Assembly (NCBI GenBank): GCA_963828755.1
Contig: CAWHFY010000017.1
Coordinates: 27,524-91,523 of the forward strand
Length of the DNA: 64,000 nucleotides
Reading direction: 5' to 3'
Origin: an uncultured Solirubrobacterales bacterium
GTDB lineage: Bacteria; Actinomycetota; Thermoleophilia; Solirubrobacterales; 70-9
The notes under the pieces were generated by a model. That model was not told the DNA's origin, made no database searches, and saw only the letters and a program-made list of their open reading frames with translations. The position numbers were made by a program, and so were the translations under genes. Below, piece by piece: positions 1 through 10,070 of this stretch. Each line of letters begins with the position of its first letter. Positions within the stretch are counted from its first letter, which is position 1.

Positions 1-366
1 ATCCCCGGAGGCGGCGGCACCCAGCGCCTCGCCCGCGCGGTCGGCAAGCAGCGGGCGATGGAGCTGATCCTCACCGGGCGCCGCTTCGACGCCGAGGAGG
101 CGGCCCGGATGGGCATCGTCAACCAGGTCACCGGCAGGCGCGACTGGCTCTCGGCAGCGCTGGAGCTCGCCGCGCGGGTCGCCTCGCGCCCACCGCTCGC
201 CTCGAAGCTCGCCAAGCAGGCGGTGCTCGCCGCCGAGGAGACCGGGCTGACGGCGGGTCTCGAGCACGAGCGTCGCCTGTACGAGCTCGCGATGGCGACC
301 GAGGACCGGGTCGAGGGGATGCAGGCCTTCCTGGAGAAGCGCCGCCCCGAGTACCGCGGCCGGTGA
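1..366 (+). CDS. enoyl-CoA hydratase/isomerase (crotonase) family protein, C-terminal part (5' end outside window)
   Basis: Open from nt 1 in the frame of ORF 58..366: IPGGGGTQRLARAVG..AMELILTGRRFDAEEA. Crotonase-fold pattern. Stop overlaps the next start (GTGA). Confidence 0.85.
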   Translation: MPGGGGTQRLARAVGKQRAMELILTGRRFDAEEAARMGIVNQVTGRRDWLSAALELAARVASRPPLASKLAKQAVLAAEETGLTAGLEHERRLYELAMATEDRVEGMQAFLEKRRPEYRGR

Positions 367-1805
367 GCGTGGCCGAACGGGTCGGAGTCGCGGGCGCCGG
401 GACGATGGGCGCCGGGATCGCGCAGCTCGCGGCGCTCGGCGGCTACGAGACGTTCCTCCACGACCCCGACGCAGCGGCGCTCGAGGGCGGGCTCGAGCGG
501 CTGCGGGGTGACCTCGCAAAGGGCGTCGCGCGCGGTCGGTGGAGCGACGCGGCGGCCGCCGAGGCGACGACGCGGCTGCACGGGGTCGGCGAGCTCGAGG
601 ACCTCGGCGGCTGCGACCTGGTGGTCGAGGCGGCCCCCGAGGACGTCGAGCTGAAGCGCTCGTTGTTCGCGCGACTCGAGCGCGTCTGCGATCCCGACGC
701 GGTGCTCGCAACCAACACCTCGTCGCTGTCGGTGACCGCGATTGCCGCCGGGGCGCAGCTGCCCGAGCGGATCTGTGGCATGCACTTCTTCAACCCCCCG
801 GCGCTGATGCCGCTGGTCGAGGTGGTCGCCGGGGAGGCCACGGGCCCGGCCGCGCTCGAGCTCGCGACCGAGGTCGCCGAGCGCATGGGGCGCACGCCCG
901 TGCGCGCCGCCGACGGGATCGGTTTCCTCGCCAACCGAGCCGCGCGGCCGTTCGGCCTCGAGGCGCTGAGGCTGCTCGGCGAGCGGATCGCCGAGGTTGA
1001 CCAGATCGATCGGATCGTGCGGATCGGCGGCGGTTATCGGATGGGGCCGTTCGAGCTCCAGGACCTGATCGGGATCGACGTAAACCTCAGCGTCGCCCGC
1101 TCGTTCTTCGACCAGAGCTTCGGCGAACCGCGCTGGCGCCCGCATCCGCTCCAGCAGCGGATCGTCGACTCGGGGCGGATCGGGCGCAAGGCCGGCGGCG
1201 GCTGGTACCGCTACGACGACGGCCCGCACCGCCCCGACGACCCTCCCCCGCTCCCGGCCCCGGCCTCGCCGCCGTCGCGGGACCCTGAGGTCGAGGCCGG
1301 CGTGCGCTGGGTCGCGCTGCCCGATCTGGAGCGCGCCACCGTGGTCGAGATCGCGGCACTGCCCGGCGGCGACCCGGCCGCGCTCGGCGCCGCCGGCCGC
1401 TACTTCACGGCGCTCGGAAAGCACGTCGAGTGCACGCCGGGCGAGGCCCCGGGGCTGGTGCTGGGCCGGATCGTCTGCCAACTCGTGAACGAGGCCTGCT
1501 TCGCCGCGGGCGAGGGGGTCGGGAGCCCGGACGACCTCGACACTGCCCTGCGCCTCGGCTTCAACCACCCGCGCGGCCCGTTCGAGTGGGGCCGCGAGAT
1601 CGGCCCCGCGAACGTGCTAGCGACGCTCGAGGCGCTCAGCGCCGAGCTCGGTGCCGACCGTTACCGCCCGGCTCCCCTCCTGCGCCGCTGGGCCGTCGCC
1701 GGCGGTCCGGCTCCCGCCGCATTAGCGCGCGCGGGCTGCGGCCCTCGACCGCGAGGTAGGACCCGACCAGGATCAGAACCAGGCCGCCAATCATCGCCGG
1801 CGTGA
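363..1805 (+). CDS. 3-hydroxyacyl-CoA dehydrogenase family protein (NAD-binding N domain plus C domains)
   Basis: GVAGAGTMGAGIAQ Rossmann motif, NTSSLSV, MHFFNPP. The 3' end is uncertain: the last ~100 nt lie antisense to the EamA gene and lose third-position GC bias. Confidence 0.8.
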   Translation: MSVAERVGVAGAGTMGAGIAQLAALGGYETFLHDPDAAALEGGLERLRGDLAKGVARGRWSDAAAAEATTRLHGVGELEDLGGCDLVVEAAPEDVELKRSLFARLERVCDPDAVLATNTSSLSVTAIAAGAQLPERICGMHFFNPPALMPLVEVVAGEATGPAALELATEVAERMGRTPVRAADGIGFLANRAARPFGLEALRLLGERIAEVDQIDRIVRIGGGYRMGPFELQDLIGIDVNLSVARSFFDQSFGEPRWRPHPLQQRIVDSGRIGRKAGGGWYRYDDGPHRPDDPPPLPAPASPPSRDPEVEAGVRWVALPDLERATVVEIAALPGGDPAALGAAGRYFTALGKHVECTPGEAPGLVLGRIVCQLVNEACFAAGEGVGSPDDLDTALRLGFNHPRGPFEWGREIGPANVLATLEALSAELGADRYRPAPLLRRWAVAGGPAPAALARAGCGPRPRGRTRPGSEPGRQSSPA

Positions 1806-2592
1806 TCCGCTCGTCCAGCAGCGTGACGCCGTAGACGACCGCGAACGCGGGCGCCAGGTAGGTGACGATGTATGTGCGCGCCGGGCCAACCGCGGCGATC
1901 AGCCAGTAGAAGATCGCGAACGCGATTCCGGTGCCCAGGATCCCGAGCACCGCGACCGCGGCAATCGGGCCGAGCGCGGGGGCCGAGTCCGGAAAGCCGA
2001 TCACCGCGGCCGGGACGAGCAGCCCCGCGCCCGCGACGAGGACCCAGGCGGCGACGCCGATCGGCGGGCGGTCGGCGAGCCGGTGCTTCGCGAGCAGCGC
2101 GCCGATCGCGTACCCGAGGCCGGCGAGCAGCACGGCGAGCCCGCCGAGCAGCTGGTCGGCGGAGCCGACCAGGTCGACGCCGAGCAGCAGCGCCACCCCG
2201 ACGACGCCGAGAAGCACGCCGACCAGTCGCAGCCCCTCGGCGCGCTCGTCGGCGTCGAACCAGATCGCCAGCAGGGCCGTGAACAACGGCGCCGAGGCCA
2301 CCAGGATCCCGGCGAGCGAACTCGAGATCTCCTGCTCGCCGGCGGCGATCAGGACGAACGGGCCCGAGACCTGGGTCGCGGCGACCGCGATCACCCAGCC
2401 GGCGCGCTGGCCGAAGCCGCCCAGCGCCCGGCGCCCGGCGGCGATGCCGACGAGGACGACGGCGGCGAAGGCGACCCGGCCGAAGGCGACCATTCCGGGC
2501 GAGAGGTCGCGCAGGCCGATCTTGATCAGCAGGTAGCTGCCGCCCCAGATCGCGCCGAGGATCAGCAGCAGGGTCCAGGCCCGGCGTCGCAT
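1636..2592 (-). CDS. EamA/DMT-family membrane transporter
   Basis: 318-aa polytopic hydrophobic ORF with a typical EamA N-terminus (LLLILGAIWGGSYLLIK). The C-terminal ~40 aa basic tail overlaps the convergent gene, so the end is uncertain. Confidence 0.75.
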   Translation of the reverse strand: MRRRAWTLLLILGAIWGGSYLLIKIGLRDLSPGMVAFGRVAFAAVVLVGIAAGRRALGGFGQRAGWVIAVAATQVSGPFVLIAAGEQEISSSLAGILVASAPLFTALLAIWFDADERAEGLRLVGVLLGVVGVALLLGVDLVGSADQLLGGLAVLLAGLGYAIGALLAKHRLADRPPIGVAAWVLVAGAGLLVPAAVIGFPDSAPALGPIAAVAVLGILGTGIAFAIFYWLIAAVGPARTYIVTYLAPAFAVVYGVTLLDERITPAMIGGLVLILVGSYLAVEGRSPRALMRREPDRRRRPSGAGGEPGGNGRHRARR

Positions 2593-2671
2593 CCATTCAA
2601 GGTAGCCGCGGCAGGCTCGCGCCGAGTACGACGCGCTGGCCGAGGCCCGAGCGGGCGCGGACGGCGCCTAA

Positions 2672-3692
2672 CTACTCACCGAGGGTCGGCGCGACCTCGA
2701 TCGGCTCGCCCTGCGGCAGCCAATGCGCCTCCGGCGAGGGCGGCGTGTCGCGCAGGTACCACTCGGCGTCGAGGGCGCCCATGCAGCCGGTGCCGGCGGC
2801 GGTGACCGCCTGGCGGTAGGTGTGGTCGACGAGGTCGCCGACCGCGAACACCCCGTCGAGCTTGGTGCGGGTCGACTTGCCCTCGGTCAGCACGTAGCCG
2901 TCCTCGTCGGTCGGGACCTGCTCGGCGACCAGCTCGGAGCGCGGGATGTGGCCGATCGCGACGAAGGCCCCGCCGACCTCCAGCTCCTCGGTCTCGCCGG
3001 TCTCCGCGTGGCGCAGGCGCACGGCGCGGAGCTTGCCGTCGTCACCGGCGATGAACTCCTCCGGCACGTACGGCGTCTTCAGCTTGATGTTCGGCCGCTC
3101 CCTAGCGCGGTCGAACATGATCTGCGAGGCTCGGAACTCGTCGCGGCGATGGACGATCGTCAGCTCGGAGGCGTACTTGGAGATGAAGATCGAGTCCTCC
3201 ATCGCCGAGTCGCCGCCGCCGATGACCGCGACCTTCTGGCCGTTGAAGAAGGCTCCGTCGCAGACCCCGCAGGTGGAGACGCCGCGGCCGGAGAGCTCGA
3301 GCTCGCCCGGGAGGCCGAGCCGGCGCGGCTCGGCGCCCATGGCCAGGATCACGGCTCTTGGCGGAGTACACGTCGTCGCCGATGAAGATCCGCTGGACGC
3401 CACCGTCGGAGAGCTCGACCCGGTCCGCGTCGTCGGTGACGAAGCGGGTGCCGAACTTCTCAGCCTGAGCGCGGAACTGGTTCATCATCTCCGGCCCCAT
3501 GATCCCCTCCGGGTAGCCGGGGTAGTTCTCGACGTCGGTGGTGTTCTGAAGCTGGCCTCCCCATTGGAAGCCCTCGATCACCAGCGGCTCGAGGTTGGCG
3601 CGTGCCGCGTACAGCGCCGCCGTGTAGCCGGCCGGGCCGCCGCCGAGGATGATCAGGTTCTCAGTCTTTCGTTGCTCGTCGTTCATATCCAT
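2672..3692 (-). pseudogene. trxB: thioredoxin-disulfide reductase, frame broken by a 1-nt insertion near 3356 (probably a sequence error)
   Basis: The N-terminal frame gives [20 protein letters not shown]...[11 protein letters not shown]. The next frame continues [43 protein letters not shown]. Removing one base from aagAgcc restores ..SAKAVILA.. Confidence 0.9.
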
Positions 3693-3727
3693 GAGTCTTT
3701 CCGATGGGGATTCTATATCACTTTACT

Positions 3728-4918
3728 TTATGAAGTAATGGCGGATCCGGGAACCGGGTCGGTGAGCGAGCGGCGCTCCGGGCGACGCGTCTCCTCCCAC
3801 TCGTGGACGGTCTTGCGAAGCTGCAGGAAGGCGACGACACCGGGCGGGATCGGGAGCCAGAAGGCCATGATCCGGTAGAGCAGGATCGCGGCGAAGATGT
3901 TGTGGACACCGAAGAGCGCGAAGGCGCCGAGCATCCCCGCGTCGACCCCTCCGACCCCGCCGGGGAGCGGGATCAGGTTGGCGAACATGCCGACGAAGAA
4001 GGCCTGGACGACGACCGCGAGCGGCACCGAGACCCCGAAGGCCCGGAACGAGGCCCAGAGGATCCCGATCTGAGCGGCCCAGAAACCGACCGCGCCGAGC
4101 AGCGCGAGCCCGCCGCGCGACGGCTCGCGGACGAACCGCAGGGCCTCCCGGGTGCCGACCGCGGCGGTCGCCGGGACGGTCGCCAGGCGGCGCGCGATGC
4201 GGCCGGTCAGCTTCTCCTGCGAAGCCCCCGAGAAGCGACGCTCGAGATCCCCCGGGACCAGCGACATCAGCAGGAAGACGAGGATCACCCCGCCGGCGAT
4301 CGCGGCCGGGACGATCGTCATGCCCGGCGGCGCCGGGCCGCTGAAGACGCCGGTGCTCATCAGGATCCCGTTGATCACCAGGGTGACCATGTACACCGCG
4401 TACAGCAGGACGAGAAAGGCGACCATCCGCGCGGCGGTCTCCTTGCGCGGCATCCCGGCCTTGCGAAGCGCCCAGTAGGTGAGGACGATGCCGCCGGCGC
4501 CGCCGGCCGAGAACAGCCGGGTCGCCGCGAGGCCGGCCATCGTGATGTCGTAGGAGTCCTTCCAACGCAGCTTCACCCGCTCGCCGACGACGCCGCGAAA
4601 CAGGGCCACGTAGGCGCCGAACATGACCACGGCGAACCCGAACGAGACCGCGACCCAGACGGGCTTGGCGTCGCCGAGCTTGGCGCTTGCGTTCTGGTCG
4701 GCAACCAGCTTCGGCAGCAGCACGTAGATGCCGACGACGAGCACGAGGATGATCAGCGCCGACTGCGCGAGGCGCTTGGGGTTCTCGAAGAACGACGGCT
4801 CGTAGTCCTCCTCGTCGTCGTCCTCGTCGGACTCGACCCCAGGCTCGGCAGCCGTATCCGTCAGCATCTTTTCGAGCTCATCCCCCTTGTCACGATCGGT
4901 CGGATCAGGGCTCCCCAT
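3728..4918 (-). CDS. flippase-like membrane protein (lysylphosphatidylglycerol-synthase TM-region / UPF0104 family)
   Basis: 396-aa polytopic protein with an acidic N-terminus and the family-typical IPLPGGVGGVDAGMLGAF motif near the C-terminus. Confidence 0.7.
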   Translation of the reverse strand: MGSPDPTDRDKGDELEKMLTDTAAEPGVESDEDDDEEDYEPSFFENPKRLAQSALIILVLVVGIYVLLPKLVADQNASAKLGDAKPVWVAVSFGFAVVMFGAYVALFRGVVGERVKLRWKDSYDITMAGLAATRLFSAGGAGGIVLTYWALRKAGMPRKETAARMVAFLVLLYAVYMVTLVINGILMSTGVFSGPAPPGMTIVPAAIAGGVILVFLLMSLVPGDLERRFSGASQEKLTGRIARRLATVPATAAVGTREALRFVREPSRGGLALLGAVGFWAAQIGILWASFRAFGVSVPLAVVVQAFFVGMFANLIPLPGGVGGVDAGMLGAFALFGVHNIFAAILLYRIMAFWLPIPPGVVAFLQLRKTVHEWEETRRPERRSLTDPVPGSAITS

Positions 4919-4966
4919 CCAGGTTCATCCTCGCAGGCCCGCCCGTCGATACGCCGTCAGGCGCGC

Positions 4967-6102
4967 TCAGGCCGCGTTGGCAACTTGCTCGAGGCGGCGC
5001 AGGACGCGGTTCACGGCCTCGACCGCGGGCTCGGCCAGCGGCTCGCCGGCGCGGACCGCCGCGACCAGCGCGGCGCCCGCGATCAGGTCGGTCACGTAAT
5101 GCTCGCCGAGGTAGACGAGCGCGAAGGCGAGCGTCCCCGCGTACCCCCAGCCGATCGCCCCCGGGATCCGTCCCGCCTCGCGCAGGTGGATCGCTGCCAT
5201 CAGCGAGGTGGCGAAGTGAAGCGAGGGCATCGCCGCCCACGGGTTGCCGTTGAACCGGTCATAGAGCGGCTCCCAGGCCTGGCGCCACACCTGCTCGCCG
5301 GCGTCGACCATGATCCTCCGGACCTCGATCCCCTCCGCCTCGGCGACCTCGGCGGCGACGTGCTCGACGGGCGGGTCGATGTAGCCCTGCTCGGCCGACC
5401 ACCACGGCGGCGCCGTCGGGACGGCGAAGTACACGGCGCAGCCGAGGTCGTAGGTGGCGGCGAGCTGTCGCGCGGCGCGCGGGAAGCGGTCCGGGTGGCG
5501 CGCCTGGACGAAGAGCAGCGAGGCGTGCGGCTCCATGAACCAGACCCAGTGGACGGCCGAGAGCAGGCGGTCGAGCGCCGTCACGCGCCCGGGGCGGCTG
5601 AAGGTGCGCTGCAGGCGGGCGTTCGGCAGCTCGGCCGAGCCCGAGCGCGCGGTCGATCACGATCGGGTAGCGGATCCGCAGCCGGCGCCCGCAGCGCCGC
5701 CGGATCGTCGTAGGGGAGCTCGTGGGCCATCACGAACCCCCACATCTGGACGAGGTACAGGAGGATGTCGCGACCACGGGTGCGCGGACGCAGGACGGCG
5801 ACCGCCATCGGCCCGGCGACCAAGGCGCCGACGGTCAGACTCGCCGGGATCTCGCGCTTGCGGCGGAGCACCGGCAGCACGAAGGCGGCGGCGAGCACCC
5901 CGGCGGCCGCGACGCGGACCGCGGTCCGCTGCGTGGGCGAGGGGCGGCGCGAGAGGCGTGGCGGGCGCAAGGCGGGGCGAGTGTAATCGCCGCCGCTCGC
6001 CGTCGCCGCTCGCCGCTCGTATCGTCCGCCGCATGAGCCCAGAGCACGCGAGTGGCGGGGTTTGACGGCGCGGTCGCCGACGTCCGTCGATCGGCGCGGC
6101 AC
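4967..6102 (-). pseudogene. PAP2-superfamily membrane phosphatase, split over three frames (breaks near 5684 and 5633); start uncertain
   Basis: Frame 1 gives ..ILLYLVQMWGFVMAHELPYDDPAAL. Frame 2 gives RLRIRYPIVIDRALGLG. Frame 3 gives ELPNARLQRTFSRPGRVTALDRLL..PSLHFATS..YLGEHYVTD (PAP2 motifs). Confidence 0.65.
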
Positions 6103-6263
6103 GGCATCGATCCAGCGGGCCGAACCCGAGCTCGGCTGGGCCGCGAATCGCTCTCGATCGCGGTCTGGAGCGGTGCGCGGCGTGGGCGCGCGAGCGTGGC
6201 CTCGCGCCCGCGATCGCGGCCGGCGACGGTAGACCGCCGCTTGGCGATTAGAATGGCGCCGCC

Positions 6264-7181
6264 TTGAGCCGTCGGACCATCCTGCTCGCCGCCACCACCG
6301 CCGTGCTCGCGCTCGCGTGGGCGGCGGCCCCTGCCTACGCGGTCGACCTCGCGCCGCCGGAGCCGCACTCGCCGAACGCGGAGACGATCCACTCCAGCTA
6401 CGTGGTGATGTTCGTGGTCACGATCGCGGTCATCCTGGCCGTCAACGTCGCCCTGATCGCTGCTGTCGTCCGCTTCCGCGAGCGTCGCGGGGTCGAGCCA
6501 GCCCGCTTTGCCGCCGGCCGCGGCGCGCTGCGCCCGGTGATCGGCGTACTCAGCGTCCTGGCGGTCGCGATCTTCGTCTACGGCGTGATCCAGACCGACG
6601 ACGCGCGCACGATCGAGCCGAGCGGACCTGACGGGTTGACCTCGAACCCGACCGCCCAGGTGGGGATCAAGGGCCTGTCGCCGTTCGCGACCACCGACGA
6701 CGAGCAGTCCGCGACCGGCTCGTTGCCGGTCGGCGGCTCAGAGCCGACCGAGTCGGCGCCGCTGCAGATCGACGCGATCGCGCAGCAGTGGCTGTGGCGC
6801 TTCGAGTACCCGGGCGGGCGTCCCGGCGCTCGCACCTTCTCGTACGGCGAGCTGGTCGTCCCGGTCGACACCACCGTCATCCTCAACATCACCTCGACCG
6901 ACGTGCTCCACAGCTGGCACGTTCCGGCGCTCGGCGGCCAGGTTCAGGCATCGCCCGGCGAGGTCGTGCAGACCTGGTTCAAGGCCGACTCGGTCGGCCG
7001 GTACTCGGGCTCTTCGACCGTGTTCTCCGGGACCAGCTTCCCGGCGATGCGCTCCTGGGTCCGGGTCGTGACGGTGCCCGAGTACGAGGCCTACATCAAG
7101 GACCTCGGCGCCCAGCTCGACAAGGCCCAGACGACCGTGCTCGACGTGCAGCAGAGCGCGAGTGAAGCGACCGCCCCATGA
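6264..7181 (+). CDS. cytochrome oxidase subunit II-like protein lacking the CuA ligands
   Basis: Signal peptide, 2 TM helices and a cupredoxin-like domain (QQWLWRFEYP, DVLHSWHVPALG). The CuA loop reads SGSSTVFSGTSFPAM where the in-window canonical CtaC has VCTELCGTGHATM. Confidence 0.8.
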   Translation: MSRRTILLAATTAVLALAWAAAPAYAVDLAPPEPHSPNAETIHSSYVVMFVVTIAVILAVNVALIAAVVRFRERRGVEPARFAAGRGALRPVIGVLSVLAVAIFVYGVIQTDDARTIEPSGPDGLTSNPTAQVGIKGLSPFATTDDEQSATGSLPVGGSEPTESAPLQIDAIAQQWLWRFEYPGGRPGARTFSYGELVVPVDTTVILNITSTDVLHSWHVPALGGQVQASPGEVVQTWFKADSVGRYSGSSTVFSGTSFPAMRSWVRVVTVPEYEAYIKDLGAQLDKAQTTVLDVQQSASEATAP

Positions 7182-9035
7182 CCCCTCCCGCCGCCACCCA
7201 CGGGGCCCGCCCCGAGATCGTCAGCCGCGAGCTGAAGTCATCGCGCCAGGCTTGGATCGAGCGCGCGACGAGCGCCGACCACAAGACGGTTGCGCTGATG
7301 TTCATCGCGACCGCCGGCACCTTCCTCGCCCTCGCCGCGACCCAGTTCGCGCTCATGCGTCTGCAGCTGATGGTCCCGGACAACACCCTGATCAAGCCGG
7401 AGATCTTCAACCGGCTGATGACCGGGGCGACGGTCAGCTTCCTGATCCTGGGCTGCTTCCCGCTGCTGCTCGGCCTGATCGGCTACATCGTGCCGCTGCA
7501 GATCGGGGCCCGAGGGGTCGCCCTGCCGCGGCTCAACCAGTTCTCCTACTACCTGTACCTGGCCGGGGGCGTGACCATCCTCGGCAGCTTCCTCTACAGC
7601 GCCCCGGAGACCGGCACGGCCGCCCTGCCGCCGCTCTCGGACCTGGTCTATTCGCCCTCGAACGGCGCCGACGCCTGGATCGCCGGCGTGGCTCTGGCGA
7701 CGCTCGGCTTCGTCTGCTTCGCGATCAACCTGATCGTCACCCTGCGCAAGCTGCGCGCCCCCGGGCTCGCCTGGCGCCGCGCACCGCTGTTCACCTGGGC
7801 GTCGGCGGTGATCGGGTACATGGTGCTGCTGATCGGCCCGGTGATGATCGCGGCCCTCACCATGCTGGAGATCGATCGCCGCTTCGACGGCGTCTTCTTC
7901 GACTCGCAGGAGGGCGGCGCGCCGCTGCTCTACGAGCACCTCTCCTACATCTACTTCACCGGCCTCTACCTGGCGATCTTCATCGGCGCCGCCGGGATCA
8001 TCTCGGAGATCCTGCCGACCTTCGGGCGCAAGCCGATCTTCAGCCGCCGCGCGGTCAGCACCTCGTTCGTCGCAGTCGCCGCGCTGGGCCTGCTCGCCTG
8101 GATGCAGAACATGTACATCGCGCCGCTCAACGAGGGCTGGACGATCATGGCGATGGCGTTCGCGCTCGCCCTGGTCGTCCCGATCGGCGTCGTGTTCTAC
8201 AACTGGATCGCGACGATCTGGGGCGGTGTGCTCGAACTCCGCGCCGCCACCTGGTACGCGCTCGCCGCGATCATGACGATGTCGTTCGGGCTCGCCGGCG
8301 AGCTCTCCTACTCGGTGATCCCGGTCGGCTGGGCGCTCGACTACACGACCGCGAGCCAGGGCGACACGCTCTACGTGCTCGTCGGCGGCGGCGTGATCGG
8401 CGGCTTCGCCGGCCTGCACTACTGGTTCCCGAAGCTCAACGGGCGGCTGCTCGGCGAGGGCATCGGCAAGGCCGCGCTCGCGCTGATCGTGATCGGGATC
8501 AACGTCTACGTGTTGATGATGTTCCTCGCCGGGCTCGAGGGCCAGCCGGTCGACATCTGGCGCTTCGCCGAGGACACCGGCGTCGACGGCTACAACCTGA
8601 TCGGCTCGATCGGCGCCTTCGTGCTCGTGATCGGGATCCTGCTCGAGCTCGGCAACGCCGCCTACAGCTGGCACAACGGCCTCCTCGCCCGCGGCCACGA
8701 CCCGTGGCGCGGCTCGACCCTCGAGTGGTACGCGCTTTCACCGCCCCCGCCGCACAATTTCGACGCGGTCCCGGACGTGCGCAGCGCCGAGCCGCTGCAC
8801 GACATCCGCGAATCGATCGCCGTCCGTGAGCGCACCTTCGTCGCGCCCGCTGGAGTCGAGCGGCTCGCGGCGTCGGAGCCCACGCCGAACCCGGGCCGCC
8901 GCGCAGGAACCCGAAGCGGTCGCCCCCGAGGCTTCGCCGAGCGCGACCGCGGTCGCCGAACCGGAGCAGGGAACGGAGCCGCCCGAGGAGTCGCCCGGCG
9001 ATTCCGACGACGGCGATAGCGCCCCGGTAGCCTGA
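7178..9035 (+). CDS. heme-copper oxidase subunit I-like protein lacking all six canonical His ligands; probable 1-nt insertion near 8897 before an acidic tail
   Basis: Collinear with the in-window CtaD (ADHKTVALMF, PRLNQFSYY, VPIGVVFYNW, HYWFPK, STLEWY). Ligand positions read TGA, FTG, QN and VGGG. After ~8897 GC3 bias moves to the frame of ORF 8826..9035 (..EPEAVAPEAS..DSDDGDSAPVA). Confidence 0.8.
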
Positions 9036-9040
9036 GCCCC

Positions 9041-10070
9041 ATGAGTGCAGTCGCCGCTCGTAGCGATGCGGACGAGCTTTCCCGCTTTCGCCGCCTCGTC
9101 ACCTTCACGATCGTCGCCACCTTCGCCCTGATCCTGATCGGGGGCGTCGTCCGAGTGAGCGATTCCGGGCTCGGCTGCGGCGCCGAGGGCAGCGGCACCC
9201 ACGGCTGGCCTCTGTGCGAGGGCGGCGTCCTCCCGGCCGACTCGGCCGAGTCGGTGATCGAGTTCAGCCACCGTGTCGCGGCGACGATCGTCGTCGTGCT
9301 GATCGCGCTGCTCGCCTTCAAGGCCTTCCGCCGCCTGCGCAGCCACCGGCTGCTCGTCCGGGGCTCCGTCGCCGCCGGCCTCCTGGTCGTCGCCCAGGCA
9401 GCGCTCGGTGGGCTCACGGTCGAGAAGGGACTCGAGGACGAGCTGGTCGCCGCGCACCTCGGGCCTCGCGATGCTGCTGCTCGGCCTGCTGTTCGTGCTG
9501 CGCCGCGGGGCCGAGACCACCGCGCCCCCCGCCTCCGAGTCCGTCCGCGGGCTGCGGCCGCTGAGCATGGTCACCGCGGGCCTGGTGCTGGCGACGATCG
9601 TCGCCGGCGGCTACGTCGCCGGGACCGAGTACCACGGCACCCCCGATCAGCCGCTGGTCGGCGCCCACTCGGCCTGCGGCACCGGCTGGGACACCGCCCA
9701 GTTCCCCGGCTGTAACGGGCAGGGGGCCCTCTCGTTCGGCCAGTCGCGGCTCGCTGACATCCAGCTCACCCACCGCCTGTTCATGTACCTGACCGCGATC
9801 TCGGTCGTGGCGATGGCGGCCGTCGCGCTGCGTCGCCGCGCGCCCAGCCGCGCCTTCTGGGTCGCGCCGCTGATCCTCATCGGCCAGATCGCGCTCGGCG
9901 CGATCAACGTCTGGGCCGGCAAGCACGCCGGGCTGATCATCGGCCACCTGGCGCTCGGGACGACACTGTGGGCGACCGTGGTCTACGCGACCGCTACTCT
10001 GCTGCCGGCCTCGGCGCCGGCGCCCCGAACGAGTCGGGAGCTCGCAGGCGACCGGAGCGGCACCGGCCTG
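9041..10070 (+). pseudogene. ctaA: heme A synthase (CtaA/COX15 family), 1-nt insertion near 9464; reads through into ctaB as sequenced
   Basis: GGVVRVSDSGLGC..WPLC, EFSHRVAATIV, then after the shift LAMLLLGLLF..QLTHRLFMYL..GHLALGTTLW. There is no in-frame stop before the CtaB part. Confidence 0.8.

Noticed and set aside
1636-1805. A 170-nt overlap between the convergent 3-hydroxyacyl-CoA dehydrogenase and EamA genes. A TTAG at 1722-1725 could supply stops for both strands.
   Set aside because: I cannot decide from the sequence alone whether the tails are real or the result of further indels near the 3' ends. It is left as end-point uncertainty rather than a finding.
3250-3290. The trxB redox motif reads CGVC instead of the textbook CATC.
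   Set aside because: The CxxC dithiol and the flanking DGAFF are intact. Variation of the two inner residues is within what I would expect for the family and is not evidence of altered function.
7238-8698. Very long antisense or alternative-frame ORFs. Examples: 7238..8698 -, 7162..8829 +, 9414..11165 -, 3803..5713 +, 26835..28184 -, 35559..37484 - beyond acpS, 59921..62884 -, 21352..23004 -.
   Set aside because: Their translations are Arg/Pro/Gly/Asp-rich nonsense. They overlap genes with clear homology on the other strand or frame. Such stop-free shadow ORFs are expected at this GC content.
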